Assembly: GCA_035292685.1 (NCBI GenBank)
Contig: DATDPP010000040.1
Span: 1,398 to 65,397 of the forward strand
DNA: 64,000 nucleotides
Direction of reading: 5' to 3'
From: Acidimicrobiia bacterium
Lineage (GTDB): Bacteria > Actinomycetota > Acidimicrobiia > Spongiisociales > ZC4RG35
Shown: piece after piece, positions 36,442-46,185 of the stretch
How positions within the stretch are numbered: position 1 is the stretch's first letter
How the letters are laid out: each line of letters begins with the position of its first letter
Made by a program: the position numbers and the translations under genes
Notes under the pieces: model-generated
The model's database searches: none
The model's input: the letters and a program-made list of their open reading frames with translations, nothing else
What the model was told of the DNA's origin: nothing

Positions 36442-38379
36442 GTGATGGATCATTTCGAGATCGTCTGGCGCCCGAGCCCGGAACGGGCCGTCGCCAGCCA
36501 CACCGCTCGTTTCATCGCGCAGCACCGACTCGCCGACTACGCCCAACTGCGAAGTCGATCGGTCGAAGATCCGGAATGGTTCTGGGAATCCGTAGTCGGA
36601 TACCTCGGTCTCCCATTCGACAAGCCGTGGCGGGCGATCCTGGACACTTCGAGAGGGACCCCCTGGGCCACCTGGTTCCCCGGCTCGCTGTTCAACCTGA
36701 GTCGGGCCTGTCTCGATCGGTGGGCCGATGAGACACCGGAGCGACTCGCCCTCCGCTCCCAGAAGGAGATCGGTGAGACCAGGGAGCTGAGCTTCAGGAG
36801 CCTTCGTGACGAGGTGGCCCGCCTTGCCGGTGCTTTGCACCGCCTGGGGGTGAGGAGAGGTGATGCGGTTGCGGTCTTCCTGCCGATGTCGGCCGAAGCG
36901 GTGGTGTCCCTGCTCGCCGTGGCCAGGCTCGGGGCGGTCTTCATCCCGGTCTTCTCCGGGTACGGGGCGGAAGCCGTTGCCAGCCGTCTCCGGGACCCGA
37001 TACCCAAGGTCATGATCTGCGCCAACGGTTTCATGCGTCGCGGCAGCCTGGTGGAGATGAAGGAGGTGGCCGACCGGGCGGCCGAGCTTTCGGAAGGAGT
37101 AGAGCACCTCCTGGTTGTCGACTACACCGATCGCTCCCCCACTCCGATGCGTGAGGGCCGGGATCTGTGGTGGGGCGCGGCCTTGGATGGCGTCGAACCG
37201 CATCCCATTGTGCTCACCGCCGCCGAGGACCCGATGCTCATCGCCTACACCTCGGGGACCACCGGGCCCCCCAAAGGCGCGGTTCACGTTCATGGCGGGT
37301 TCGGGGTGCAGGTGGCGGCCGAAGGCGCATTCCAGTTCGACTTCCACAGGGACGACGTGGTGATGTGGGCCACAGACATGGGTTGGATCATGGGCCCCTG
37401 GATCGTTGTCGCCGGCCTGGCGAATGGTGCCGCCGTCGCCACCTACGACGGGGCGCCGGACTACCCGGGCCCGGACCGGATCTGGGAGGTGGCTTCGGAG
37501 CTGGAATTGACCTTCCTGGGTGTCTCCCCCACCCTGATCCGCGCCCTACAGCGTCATGGCGCAGAAGAGGCACACAAGCACGATCTGTCGCGGCTGAAGA
37601 CCTTCGGCTCCACCGGGGAGCCGTGGAACCCCGATCCTTGGTGGTGGTTGTTCAGGGATGTCGGAGGGGAAACTCGCCCCATCGTCAATATCTCAGGCGG
37701 CACCGAGATCGGGGCCTGTCTGCTCTCGGTCAACCTCCTTCAGGGAATCAAGCCCACCTCACTTGGAGGCCCGGCACTGGGGATCGACGCCGATGTCTAC
37801 GACAACGAGGGAAGACCGGTGCGGGGAGAGGTGGGTGAACTGGTGGTCCGGGGGTCATGGCCAGGCAGGACCCGAGGCTTCTGGAACGAACCGGAACGGT
37901 ACCTCGCCACCTATTGGCAGCGGTTCGACGAGACCTGGGTGCACGGCGATTGGGCCTCGATCGACGAGGATGGCTTCTGGTACCTCCACGGGAGATCCGA
38001 CGACACCCTGAACATCGCCGGGAAGCGGATCGGCCCCGCCGAGATCGAGTCGGTGGCGGTTGCCTTCCCCGAAGTGGTGATGGCGGCCGCGATCGGAGTT
38101 CCCGATGAGATCAAAGGGGAGGCGATCGCTCTCTACGTGGTGCCGGCGCCCGGTGTCGATCCCGAAGAGACGCTCACAGGCGACATCGAGCGGGCTGTGA
38201 TCGAAACCCTGGGGAAGAGCTTCCGGCCCAAGACGATCCGTTGGGTGAGCGATCTCCCCCGCACCCGCTCGGCCAAGATCATGCGACGGGTGATCAAGGC
38301 GCTGGCGCTGGGCCAGGAGCCGGGGGATCTCTCGAGTCTGGAGAACCCCGAAAGCCTGGCTGGGATCGAACCACTTTGA
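36442..38379 (+). CDS. Acetate/acyl-CoA synthetase family (AMP-forming)
   Basis: 645 aa. SVEDPEWFWE N-terminal region, YTSGTTGPPKG. AAGGAGGG SD upstream. Confidence 0.8.
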   Translation: MMDHFEIVWRPSPERAVASHTARFIAQHRLADYAQLRSRSVEDPEWFWESVVGYLGLPFDKPWRAILDTSRGTPWATWFPGSLFNLSRACLDRWADETPERLALRSQKEIGETRELSFRSLRDEVARLAGALHRLGVRRGDAVAVFLPMSAEAVVSLLAVARLGAVFIPVFSGYGAEAVASRLRDPIPKVMICANGFMRRGSLVEMKEVADRAAELSEGVEHLLVVDYTDRSPTPMREGRDLWWGAALDGVEPHPIVLTAAEDPMLIAYTSGTTGPPKGAVHVHGGFGVQVAAEGAFQFDFHRDDVVMWATDMGWIMGPWIVVAGLANGAAVATYDGAPDYPGPDRIWEVASELELTFLGVSPTLIRALQRHGAEEAHKHDLSRLKTFGSTGEPWNPDPWWWLFRDVGGETRPIVNISGGTEIGACLLSVNLLQGIKPTSLGGPALGIDADVYDNEGRPVRGEVGELVVRGSWPGRTRGFWNEPERYLATYWQRFDETWVHGDWASIDEDGFWYLHGRSDDTLNIAGKRIGPAEIESVAVAFPEVVMAAAIGVPDEIKGEAIALYVVPAPGVDPEETLTGDIERAVIETLGKSFRPKTIRWVSDLPRTRSAKIMRRVIKALALGQEPGDLSSLENPESLAGIEPL

Positions 38380-38435
38380 CAACGGGTCTGCGGGTTACCA
38401 GTGAGCCCGGCGCCAGCCTGCTGAGATAACACGGC

Positions 38436-39209
38436 ATGATCGGCGTGTTCGACTCCGGGGTGGGAGGGCTCGGGGTTCTCTCTCACATCCGACGTGAATT
38501 GCCCGCGGCTGACCTGATATACCTCGCCGACCAGGGGCGCGCCCCGTACGGAACCCGCTCACTCGAAGAAGTCGCCTCCATCTCCGAGGAAGTCACCGAA
38601 TGGCTCCTCCAGAAGGGAGCAAAAACCGTCGTGGTGGCATGCAATACCGCCTCCGCGGCAGCTCTCAACCGACTCCGTGCGACACATCCCTCGATTCCTT
38701 TCGTGGGAATGGAGCCTGCTGTGAAGCCTGCCGCTCTCGCCACCAGGTCCGGCGTGATCGGGGTGTTGGCGACGGCGGCCACATTCCAGGGTGAGCTCTA
38801 CTCCTCGGTCGTCACGCGGCACGCCCCCGATGTCCAAGTTCTCAACGCCGCTTGTCCGGCATGGGTGCGCCTCGTCGAGTCCGGGAAGATTGAAGGCCCC
38901 GAGGTCGACCAGCAGGTTGCAGACTGTCTGGCCCCGCTGATCGACGGTGGTGCCGACGTGCTGGTGTTGGGATGCACCCATTTCCCATTCCTGCGCCCAG
39001 TGATCGAGCGTCTGGTCGGGGCCACGGTCGCAATCGTCGATCCGGCCCCGGCAGTTGCCCTCCAGGTGGCTCGGGTAAACGCCGAGGAACCGGGTGACGG
39101 GGGTTTGGTCCTGGCCACCACGGGAAGCCCGGAGCGTCTGGCAAGCCTGGCGCGGGAGTTGGCCGGAATCGAGCCGACCCAGCCCGTTCTAGCCTGGACG
39201 CTGGAATGA
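38436..39209 (+). CDS. murI: Glutamate racemase
   Basis: FDSGVGGL, ACNTASA, GCTHFP motifs. Confidence 0.9.
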   Translation: MIGVFDSGVGGLGVLSHIRRELPAADLIYLADQGRAPYGTRSLEEVASISEEVTEWLLQKGAKTVVVACNTASAAALNRLRATHPSIPFVGMEPAVKPAALATRSGVIGVLATAATFQGELYSSVVTRHAPDVQVLNAACPAWVRLVESGKIEGPEVDQQVADCLAPLIDGGADVLVLGCTHFPFLRPVIERLVGATVAIVDPAPAVALQVARVNAEEPGDGGLVLATTGSPERLASLARELAGIEPTQPVLAWTLE

Positions 39210-40327
39210 GCAAACTCGACCCTGACCCGAGGATGAACGACCCACTTCGATCGCGGCCTTCCGTGGCATGGATTCGAGACGGCATGGCCCTCTTCGGCTG
39301 GGGTGAGAGCAGTCGCATCGATCCCGGGATCGGGAGCGACCGTTTCGAGCGGGCCCGGGAGGCGCTCGAGGCCATCCCCGGGAGCATCGGCTTCGCCACC
39401 TTCACCTTCGACGAGGATGAGCCCGGATCGGTTGTCATCGTCCCCGAGACGGTCCTCGAGGTCCGTGATGGGGGCGGTCGGATGTTGACCGGGGAATTCG
39501 ATCAAATCTCCCAGGCATTCGCCGATTCCGCCATGCCCCGGGGAAGGGTGTCGGTCGAGGACAAGGACTCGTGGAAATCCGCCATGGAACTGGCGATGCA
39601 GTCGATCGCTCGCGGAGAAGTCGAGAAGGTCGTTCTCTCTCGAACCGTCGAAATGGTGTTCGACGGCGACGTTCCGATCCAGCAAGTGGCACGTGCCTTG
39701 GTGGACAGCCAGGGAAGCTCGCACACGTTCCTCATAGACGACCTGGTCGGATCCAGCCCAGAGTTGTTGGTCTCCAAACACGGAGCGGCAGTCCGGTCTG
39801 TGTCTTTGGCGGGGTCGGCCGATCGAACCGATCCCGCGGCATCGGCTTCGCTCAGGTCACAGAAGATGGCCGTCGAGCATTCATTGGCGGCAGATTCGGT
39901 GGAAGAGGCGCTGTCTCCGTTTTGCACCAGGTTGGAGAGACAGCCGAGTCGGGTCGAGACCTTCGCCGACATTCATCACCTGGCTACGACCTTCGAGGGC
40001 GAGGCAGTCAATGGGGTTCCGGTGACCGATCTGGTGGCGGCCCTTCACCCCACCGCCGCGGTTGCCGGGACACCGACCAAGGCCGCGGTCGAGCTGATCA
40101 GGGAGATCGAGGGCCACGGTCGCGGTCGTTACGCCGGGCCCGTGGGCTGGTTGGATGCTCACGGTGACGGCGAGTTCGCCATTGCCCTCAGGTGCGGGGA
40201 GATCAAGGGGCGAAGGGTCACGCTGTACACAGGGGTCGGGCTGGTCGAAGGGTCAGATCCCGAGGCGGAGTTGGAGGAAACCCGGATCAAGCTGCGCCCC
40301 ATGTTCAGGGCCCTCGGCGTCAGCTGA
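39206..40327 (+). CDS. menF: Isochorismate synthase
   Basis: Chorismate-binding C-terminal region (GRGRYAGPVGW). ATGA overlap with the murI stop. Confidence 0.8.
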   Translation: MSKLDPDPRMNDPLRSRPSVAWIRDGMALFGWGESSRIDPGIGSDRFERAREALEAIPGSIGFATFTFDEDEPGSVVIVPETVLEVRDGGGRMLTGEFDQISQAFADSAMPRGRVSVEDKDSWKSAMELAMQSIARGEVEKVVLSRTVEMVFDGDVPIQQVARALVDSQGSSHTFLIDDLVGSSPELLVSKHGAAVRSVSLAGSADRTDPAASASLRSQKMAVEHSLAADSVEEALSPFCTRLERQPSRVETFADIHHLATTFEGEAVNGVPVTDLVAALHPTAAVAGTPTKAAVELIREIEGHGRGRYAGPVGWLDAHGDGEFAIALRCGEIKGRRVTLYTGVGLVEGSDPEAELEETRIKLRPMFRALGVS

Positions 40328-42014
40328 TCCCGGTCACCATCGAGCGGGCGACGTCGTCAAGGGCCTGACGGCGCTTGAGATCTGCCTCACGCTCCACCGG
40401 AATCACCACGAGGTGGCACCCTCCCGCCTCGAGTCGTTGCTCCAACTCCGGGACGAGCTCTCCAGTCGAGGACAGGGTTATGGTGTCGAGGCCGTGAAGA
40501 GCGGCCAAACCCATGAGATCCCTCCCATGGGGGGTCGCGAACAAACGGTCGAAACCGGGGGCGTGGGTCGCTTGCGGAAGCAGGTCGAACAGACCGCCTC
40601 CGTTGTTGTCGACCACCACGAACACCGCGTCTGGCAGCTGGTCGGCGATGAACCCGTTGCCATCGTGGAGCAGGGAGAGGTCACCGCTGAGCACGACGGT
40701 CCTCGATGCTGCCGTCGCAACCCCGAGCCCGGTGGACACCAGGCCATCGATCCCCGAGGCCCCCCGATTGGCGTAGATCAAGCCGCCGTGGACTGTGTGG
40801 GCGTCGACATCGCGAATCGGCATCGAGGACGCCACGACCAGGTGCTCCCAGGTGCCGTCGGAGAGGGCACGGGCCACCGAAGGGCCGGTTGACTGCTCAC
40901 CAACTCCCATCCCCTCGTCGAGTGCGGCGCGCATCGATCGATCCGCGGCTTCCCATCGTCCGGCCCAATCCGGCTGAGCCGACACGGTCGACGACAGCCG
41001 GTCGAGGGTGGCGACCGGATCGGCCTGGAGGAGGAGGGTCGCCTGACGTCGCGGGTCGTGCCAGGAGCCCCATCGATCGAGACCGACCTGGGGTGCCTCG
41101 AGGGCGGTGAGTGTCGAGATGCGGTCGCTCGGGCCGGTTCTCCCGATGGTCACCACCATCTCGGGTGCCAGGGATGCCGGCACGCCCGAGACCAGCAAAT
41201 GGTGATAGGTGGAGACCGTGGGACGTCCTCGCAACCCGGAAAGGGCGGTCGCCAGAAGCGGCCAGCCGAGCCGGGCGGCGGCCGCCAGGAGAGGCTCGGG
41301 CTCGTAGTCGCCCTCACCGGCGACGATCAGCCCCCGGGCCTGCGGCCGCGCCCCGATGGTCGCCGCGCCGGGAGGAGCCACCAGATGCTCCTGCCAGCGA
41401 CCCTCGCCGGGTCTGCCTTCGACGCCGAACGGATAGGGATCGGCCACCGACCGGCCGTCGTCCTCCACCGGGACGGTGGGCTCGCGGAAGGCGATGTTGA
41501 GGTGGACCGGGCCGGGCCGCGAGCCATGGCCGAGGGCCCGCGCCACCGCCTGGGAAACGGTGCTGCGCCAATAGGAGTTGTGATCGATCCCGGCCTGGGC
41601 CGGGCCGATGTTGCAGAACCATCGCACCCGATTCCCGAAAAGCCCCACCTGGTCGATCGTCTGGTTGCCGCCGACATGGAGCATTTCTGGGGGACGGTCC
41701 GCCGAGATCACGATCAACGGAACCAGAGCCTGGTCGGCCTCGATGAGGGCAGGAAGATGATTGGCGATGGCTGTGCCCGACGTCGCCAGCACCACCGTCG
41801 GCTGCCCGGTGGCCCGGGCGTGACCCAGGGCCCAGAACGCCGCCGAACGCTCGTCGAGCACGACTCGGGTGGTGATGCCCGGGTGTTGGTCGAAGGCGAT
41901 CGCCAGCGCCGCCGATCGAGATCCAGGTGAGACGACGGCCAACGAGACACCATGTCTGGCCATCTCATCCGAGACAACCCTGGCCAGAGCGGTGCTCGGG
42001 TTGGGTTGGCTCAT
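40320..42014 (-). CDS. menD: SEPHCHC synthase (2-succinyl-5-enolpyruvyl-6-hydroxy-3-cyclohexene-1-carboxylate synthase)
   Basis: 564 aa ThDP enzyme with typical MenD N-terminus (ALARVVSDEMARHGV...SPGSRS). Confidence 0.85.
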   Translation of the reverse strand: MSQPNPSTALARVVSDEMARHGVSLAVVSPGSRSAALAIAFDQHPGITTRVVLDERSAAFWALGHARATGQPTVVLATSGTAIANHLPALIEADQALVPLIVISADRPPEMLHVGGNQTIDQVGLFGNRVRWFCNIGPAQAGIDHNSYWRSTVSQAVARALGHGSRPGPVHLNIAFREPTVPVEDDGRSVADPYPFGVEGRPGEGRWQEHLVAPPGAATIGARPQARGLIVAGEGDYEPEPLLAAAARLGWPLLATALSGLRGRPTVSTYHHLLVSGVPASLAPEMVVTIGRTGPSDRISTLTALEAPQVGLDRWGSWHDPRRQATLLLQADPVATLDRLSSTVSAQPDWAGRWEAADRSMRAALDEGMGVGEQSTGPSVARALSDGTWEHLVVASSMPIRDVDAHTVHGGLIYANRGASGIDGLVSTGLGVATAASRTVVLSGDLSLLHDGNGFIADQLPDAVFVVVDNNGGGLFDLLPQATHAPGFDRLFATPHGRDLMGLAALHGLDTITLSSTGELVPELEQRLEAGGCHLVVIPVEREADLKRRQALDDVARSMVTGIS

Positions 42015-42970
42015 GTCAGCACCTCAGCCGCCAAACGTACCTTTCGCAGCATTTCAGCGGCACGATCGCGTTCCGGGCGCCATCTCGCAAGAAGATCCGG
42101 ATCGGGCTCCGGTCTACGAACCTCGAGCCAGCCGTTCTGTGAGACCAGTGGGTCCCGGGTCGGGTCGCCTTCGATCAATGCAACCGTCCCCAGGCCGCAG
42201 GCATACGGCAGGTCAGGCAACAGCGAAGCCACCAGCAGACCCGCGTAGATCCCGACCGAGGTCTCCAGCGCCGAGGACACAACGACTGGCACGCCGGCCC
42301 GTGCCGCGATATCCAGGGCCCTGTTGACCCCGCCCAGCGGTTGCACCTTGATGACGACGACATCCGCCGCCCCGGAGGCGGCCACCTCGATGGGGTCGGG
42401 ACGGAGCCGAACCAGCTCATCCGCGGCGAGGGGAACCTCGGTTCGTTTTTTGAGCTCGACCATCTCCTCCAGCGTGGCCACCGGTTGCTCGGCGTACTCC
42501 AACCCGAATTTGGAAAGGGTGGCGAGACGCTCGGTTGCGGTGTCCAGGTCCCAGCCGGCGTTGACGTCGATGCGGATCCGGCCCTCAGGGCCCAACGCAT
42601 CCCTGACCGCATCCAACCGATCCTCATCCTCGATTGGGGCCTGCCCCGGCTCACCCACCTTCACCTTGGCAGTGCTCGCTCCCGATTCGAGAACCAGGCC
42701 TCTGGCAATCTGCGGCGCCACGGCGGGGACAGTCACATTTACCGGGATCGACTGCCGCCCCGGCTCGGGAAGGGCGCCACAGGCCGCTTCCAACGCCGCC
42801 GCCAGCCACCGGGTGGTGACCTCGGGTGGATAATCGGGAAACGGTGAGAATTCGCCCCAACCCGCCGGCCCTCGAATGAGGACGCCCTCGCGATGGTCGA
42901 CACGTCGAAACCGATGCCGCATGGGTATCCGAAACGGGTGAAGCTCCAATGCGTCGAGGAGCTCACTCAT
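42011..42970 (-). CDS. menC: o-Succinylbenzoate synthase
   Basis: 319 aa enolase-superfamily protein (KVKVG, IRIDVNAGW, EQP). 4-nt overlap with menD. Confidence 0.8.
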   Translation of the reverse strand: MSELLDALELHPFRIPMRHRFRRVDHREGVLIRGPAGWGEFSPFPDYPPEVTTRWLAAALEAACGALPEPGRQSIPVNVTVPAVAPQIARGLVLESGASTAKVKVGEPGQAPIEDEDRLDAVRDALGPEGRIRIDVNAGWDLDTATERLATLSKFGLEYAEQPVATLEEMVELKKRTEVPLAADELVRLRPDPIEVAASGAADVVVIKVQPLGGVNRALDIAARAGVPVVVSSALETSVGIYAGLLVASLLPDLPYACGLGTVALIEGDPTRDPLVSQNGWLEVRRPEPDPDLLARWRPERDRAAEMLRKVRLAAEVLT

Positions 42971-43275
42971 TTGCCCTGCTCATGATTGAGGAAGTCGATG
43001 AGAACCTCTACCTGGTCATCGGTGAGTGACGACTCGAAGGAAGGCATCCGGCCCCTCCCCTGGCTGATGGCCACCCGCATGAACTCGTCGGGCTGGCTCG
43101 CCGAATTGGATTCGGGCCCCAGCGCCGGCCCGAGCGCCCCCTGAAGCGACTCCCCATGGCAGTTGGCGCAGAGTTGGAGATAGATCTCTTGACCCGTGGC
43201 CTCGTCGGCCGGGCGCCCGATGCAGGCGGACAGCAAGCCGAGAAGGAGCGCCGCGAATAGGAGCCGGGTCATCAT
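42967..43275 (-). CDS. Small c-type cytochrome lipoprotein
   Basis: 102 aa, lipobox LSAC, haem motif CANCH, distal Met (GRMPSF). 4-nt overlap with the menC start. Confidence 0.8.
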   Translation of the reverse strand: MMTRLLFAALLLGLLSACIGRPADEATGQEIYLQLCANCHGESLQGALGPALGPESNSASQPDEFMRVAISQGRGRMPSFESSLTDDQVEVLIDFLNHEQGK

Positions 43276-43307
43276 CGTGAATGGTATGGATCACCGGCTC
43301 GGAAGGT

Positions 43308-44408
43308 TCAATCCGGGACTTGGTCATCGGCGAGATCGGCGACGATCTCGCGCACCAGCTGCGATTTGCGTCTCGGGACGATGAGAACGGCCTCGGGAGT
43401 CTCGATAACCACCAGATCCTCGATCCCGGCCACAGCCACCAGACGCGACGTGGCCTGGATGTAAGACCCGGTGACATCCCGGGAAGCGACCTCGCCGACG
43501 AGGACGTTGCCTGAGGCATCGTGTGGTGAGTTCTCCCAAACCGCCTCCCACGAGCCGACGTCGCTCCAACCGACATCGATCGGGACGACCAGACCCTGCT
43601 TGGTATGTTCCATGACGGCATGATCGATGGAGATTGCCGGGTTCTCTGCGAAGCCGGGTGCGAGATCGATCCGGGGACCGCGCTGATCGGGGATCGCAGC
43701 TCTCACCCCTGCCAGTAGGTCGGGGCAGATCAGGGCGCATTGCTCCAGAATCGCACGGGCCGTGAACACGAACATCCCCGAGTTCCATAGATGCCGGCCA
43801 TCGGCGGCGAGCTGGCCGGCCTGGCCCGCGTCCGGCTTTTCCTTGAATGCCACCACCTCGAGCGCGGCCCCCACCGGCGACCCGGTTTCGATGTAGCCGT
43901 AGCCGGTCTCGGGACGGTCTGGAACGACACCAAAGAGAACGAGGGCGCCCTCCCGGGCAATGGAAACCGCAGTCTCTACTGCGCCGACGAACCCTTCCCG
44001 GTCCTCTATCAGGTGATCGGCCGGCAGCACCACCAGGACATCGTCAGGGTCGGAGAGCAGGGCTGCGGCAATGATCGCGGGGGCGGTGTTCCGCCCTTGC
44101 GGCTCGACCACGACGGATTCGATCTCGGATCGGGTCGCTCTGACGACCCGATCGACCGCATCCAGGTGCAGGGCGCCGGTGATGATCAGAAGTGGCGCCA
44201 GGTTGGACAGACCATCGAGACGGGTCAGGGTCGCCTCGAACAGCGAGCCGCCCATGAGATCGAGGAATTGCTTTGGATTGGGCTCGGTTGACAGGGGCCA
44301 GAGCCGGGTGCCTGCTCCCCCGGAGAGGATTACCGGTCGGACAGGTGATGCCACCTGGCGAGGGTACCTGTCCGCACCGTGGTCGCCGTGGTTGGATCTC
44401 AGGGACAT
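43308..44408 (-). CDS. manC: Mannose-1-phosphate guanylyltransferase
   Basis: LSGGAGTRLWPLS nucleotidyltransferase motif, 366 aa. Confidence 0.8.
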   Translation of the reverse strand: MSLRSNHGDHGADRYPRQVASPVRPVILSGGAGTRLWPLSTEPNPKQFLDLMGGSLFEATLTRLDGLSNLAPLLIITGALHLDAVDRVVRATRSEIESVVVEPQGRNTAPAIIAAALLSDPDDVLVVLPADHLIEDREGFVGAVETAVSIAREGALVLFGVVPDRPETGYGYIETGSPVGAALEVVAFKEKPDAGQAGQLAADGRHLWNSGMFVFTARAILEQCALICPDLLAGVRAAIPDQRGPRIDLAPGFAENPAISIDHAVMEHTKQGLVVPIDVGWSDVGSWEAVWENSPHDASGNVLVGEVASRDVTGSYIQATSRLVAVAGIEDLVVIETPEAVLIVPRRKSQLVREIVADLADDQVPD

Positions 44409-44429
44409 CTACTTGGAGTTGATCCGATC

Positions 44430-44837
44430 ATGAGCCTCAAACCTACGGTTGAAGAGCGTCTGGCAGCCAGTCATCTTATTTGGCTGACCACCGTCACCAC
44501 TGACTGCTTGCCCCAAACCTCCCTTGTCTGGTTCTGGTGGGACGGCGACGCCTTCGTCATCTACTCACAGCCGGGGACGCCCAAACTGGCGAACATTGCG
44601 CGCCATCCCGGTGTCGGCCTCAATCTGGACGCCATGGGCAGGGGAAAAGAGGAGGTCACAATCATTGCCTGCACGGCTTCGGTGGACGAGACGATGCGGG
44701 CCGCGATCGACCACGACGACTATCGCGAGAAGTACCGGGATCTGATAGAGAACGAACTGGGTATGACCTTGGAACAGTTCAGCGAGGTCTATTCGGTCCC
44801 GATCCGTGTGATTCCGGGACCGGTGCGGGTGTGGTGA
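44430..44837 (+). CDS. PPOX-class (F420-dependent type) pyridoxamine 5'-phosphate oxidase family protein
   Basis: Trimmed to ATG 44430 (MSLKPTVEERL). About 135 aa split-barrel family sequence. Confidence 0.7.
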   Translation: MSLKPTVEERLAASHLIWLTTVTTDCLPQTSLVWFWWDGDAFVIYSQPGTPKLANIARHPGVGLNLDAMGRGKEEVTIIACTASVDETMRAAIDHDDYREKYRDLIENELGMTLEQFSEVYSVPIRVIPGPVRVW

Positions 44838-44843
44838 CGTGAC

Positions 44844-46100
44844 CTATTCGGAATCGGTATCGGAGATCCCGAGCGAGATATACCCGCACTCGCTGCAGAT
44901 CAGGCGAGTGATCCCGAGCCCACCGGGCGCCTCCACGAACTCGTGCAGGTGGGAGCCTTTGTTTCTCACGAAAGCGGCACGAACCGCCCCAAAGATGCCG
45001 GATCGATCCGCAACAGGGGCGGTGGCGGCCAGAGCCGGCGCAGGGGCCTTGGTTGTGGGGGCTGCCGGCTCGGGGTCAGGCGCCCTTGCCACCTCATAGG
45101 CTCCGAGGTCGACGACCAGACCCTTCGCGGTAGCATCCCGGTCGTCCTCGGTCGACGTGCTCAACAACTCGCTGACCAGTTCCGGGACCTCGGGCTCGGG
45201 CTTCAGCTCGACCGGCTCCAGTGCGGCCGGCTCCACGGTCCCCACCGGCTCCAGCTCGACCGGCTCCAAGGTGACGGCCGGCTCCACGGCCTCCACCGGC
45301 TCCAACTCGACCGGCTCCAAGGCGGCGGCCGGCTCCAGGGTCCCCACCGGCTCCAACTCGACCGGCGCCAACTCGACCGGCGCCAACTCGACCGGTTCCG
45401 GGCGGAACACCTCTGTCGGCTCGACCTCGGTAATCGGCGGTGGGGGCGGCGGCGCAGTCGGTGGGCGGGCGATCAGACCCGGCCCAGGACGCAACGGGAT
45501 GACCGCAATGGGTGGAGCCTCCAGCTCTTCGACCACCGGCGCCTCTTCGACCACCGGCAGCACCTCTTCGATCTGCTCCACCGGCGGCGGGATCGGCCCT
45601 GACCACTCCTGGATGGGCGGGGTTGGCACCTCGACTGGAGGGGCCACGGGAGTGGGGGCGGCGGCGAGGGCGGGTGCCGCGGTCGGCCCCTCGACATCCT
45701 CGGCCCAATCGGCGACACTCTGGGCCTCGAGGTTGGCCAGCATGGCGTCACGCAGCTCCGTGACCCGTGAGGGGATGGTCCCCCGGCGTGAGCGACCCAC
45801 AGCGACCATCCTCCGCGGAAAGGTCATCGCCTTGAAACTTGCCCAGGACTCTGCCATATGGTCGACGCCCTTGTAGGCGAAGTCCATCGGCTCGTCGGCA
45901 ATGAAGGTTATCTCGTCTCCTGCCAGGGACACCGAGAAGGCGGCGGAAACCAGACGTGAGGCATGCACGTCGAATAGCGACCACCGGCCAAGTGACTCCC
46001 CTTCGAGAAGGACCTCCGCCTGGTCGTCTTCGACCACGAAGACCGCGGGAACGCCTGGGTGGTCGACCTCCGGAACCCGTACCTGTCCGGTGAATCTCAC
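44844..46100 (-). CDS. Hypothetical protein: globular N-domain, long Pro/Glu/Val repeat region, short C-terminal CxxC segment
   Basis: 418 aa. Repeats EPVELAPVELAPVELEPVG. C-terminal LICSECGY. Confidence 0.55.
   Translation of the reverse strand: MRFTGQVRVPEVDHPGVPAVFVVEDDQAEVLLEGESLGRWSLFDVHASRLVSAAFSVSLAGDEITFIADEPMDFAYKGVDHMAESWASFKAMTFPRRMVAVGRSRRGTIPSRVTELRDAMLANLEAQSVADWAEDVEGPTAAPALAAAPTPVAPPVEVPTPPIQEWSGPIPPPVEQIEEVLPVVEEAPVVEELEAPPIAVIPLRPGPGLIARPPTAPPPPPPITEVEPTEVFRPEPVELAPVELAPVELEPVGTLEPAAALEPVELEPVEAVEPAVTLEPVELEPVGTVEPAALEPVELKPEPEVPELVSELLSTSTEDDRDATAKGLVVDLGAYEVARAPDPEPAAPTTKAPAPALAATAPVADRSGIFGAVRAAFVRNKGSHLHEFVEAPGGLGITRLICSECGYISLGISDTDSE
45200..45400. repeat. Imperfect in-frame tandem repeat (about 51-nt units built from a 15-nt sub-repeat ggcKccaRctcgacc)
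   Basis: Four consecutive units read directly at 45202-45400. They encode (L/V)EPVE-type pentapeptides on the minus strand. Confidence 0.8.
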
Positions 46101-46185
46101 CGCATCACCGTTTCTATTGTTGTCCCAGCCGTCACCCGTCGACGAATCACGATCCCATCGTGGCGACGAAAGTCAAGGGGACGAA

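Noticed and set aside
35047-37347. 766-aa ORF on the minus strand
   Set aside because: It is antisense to the AI-2E and acs-like genes. The translation is Arg/Gly/Pro-rich with no motifs, and the opposite-strand ORFs carry clear family signatures. Typical high-GC shadow ORF.
45200-45400. Regular short repeats that could be mistaken for a CRISPR array
   Set aside because: The units are contiguous with no spacers, in frame and inside a CDS, where they encode a Pro/Glu/Val repeat. No cas genes are present.
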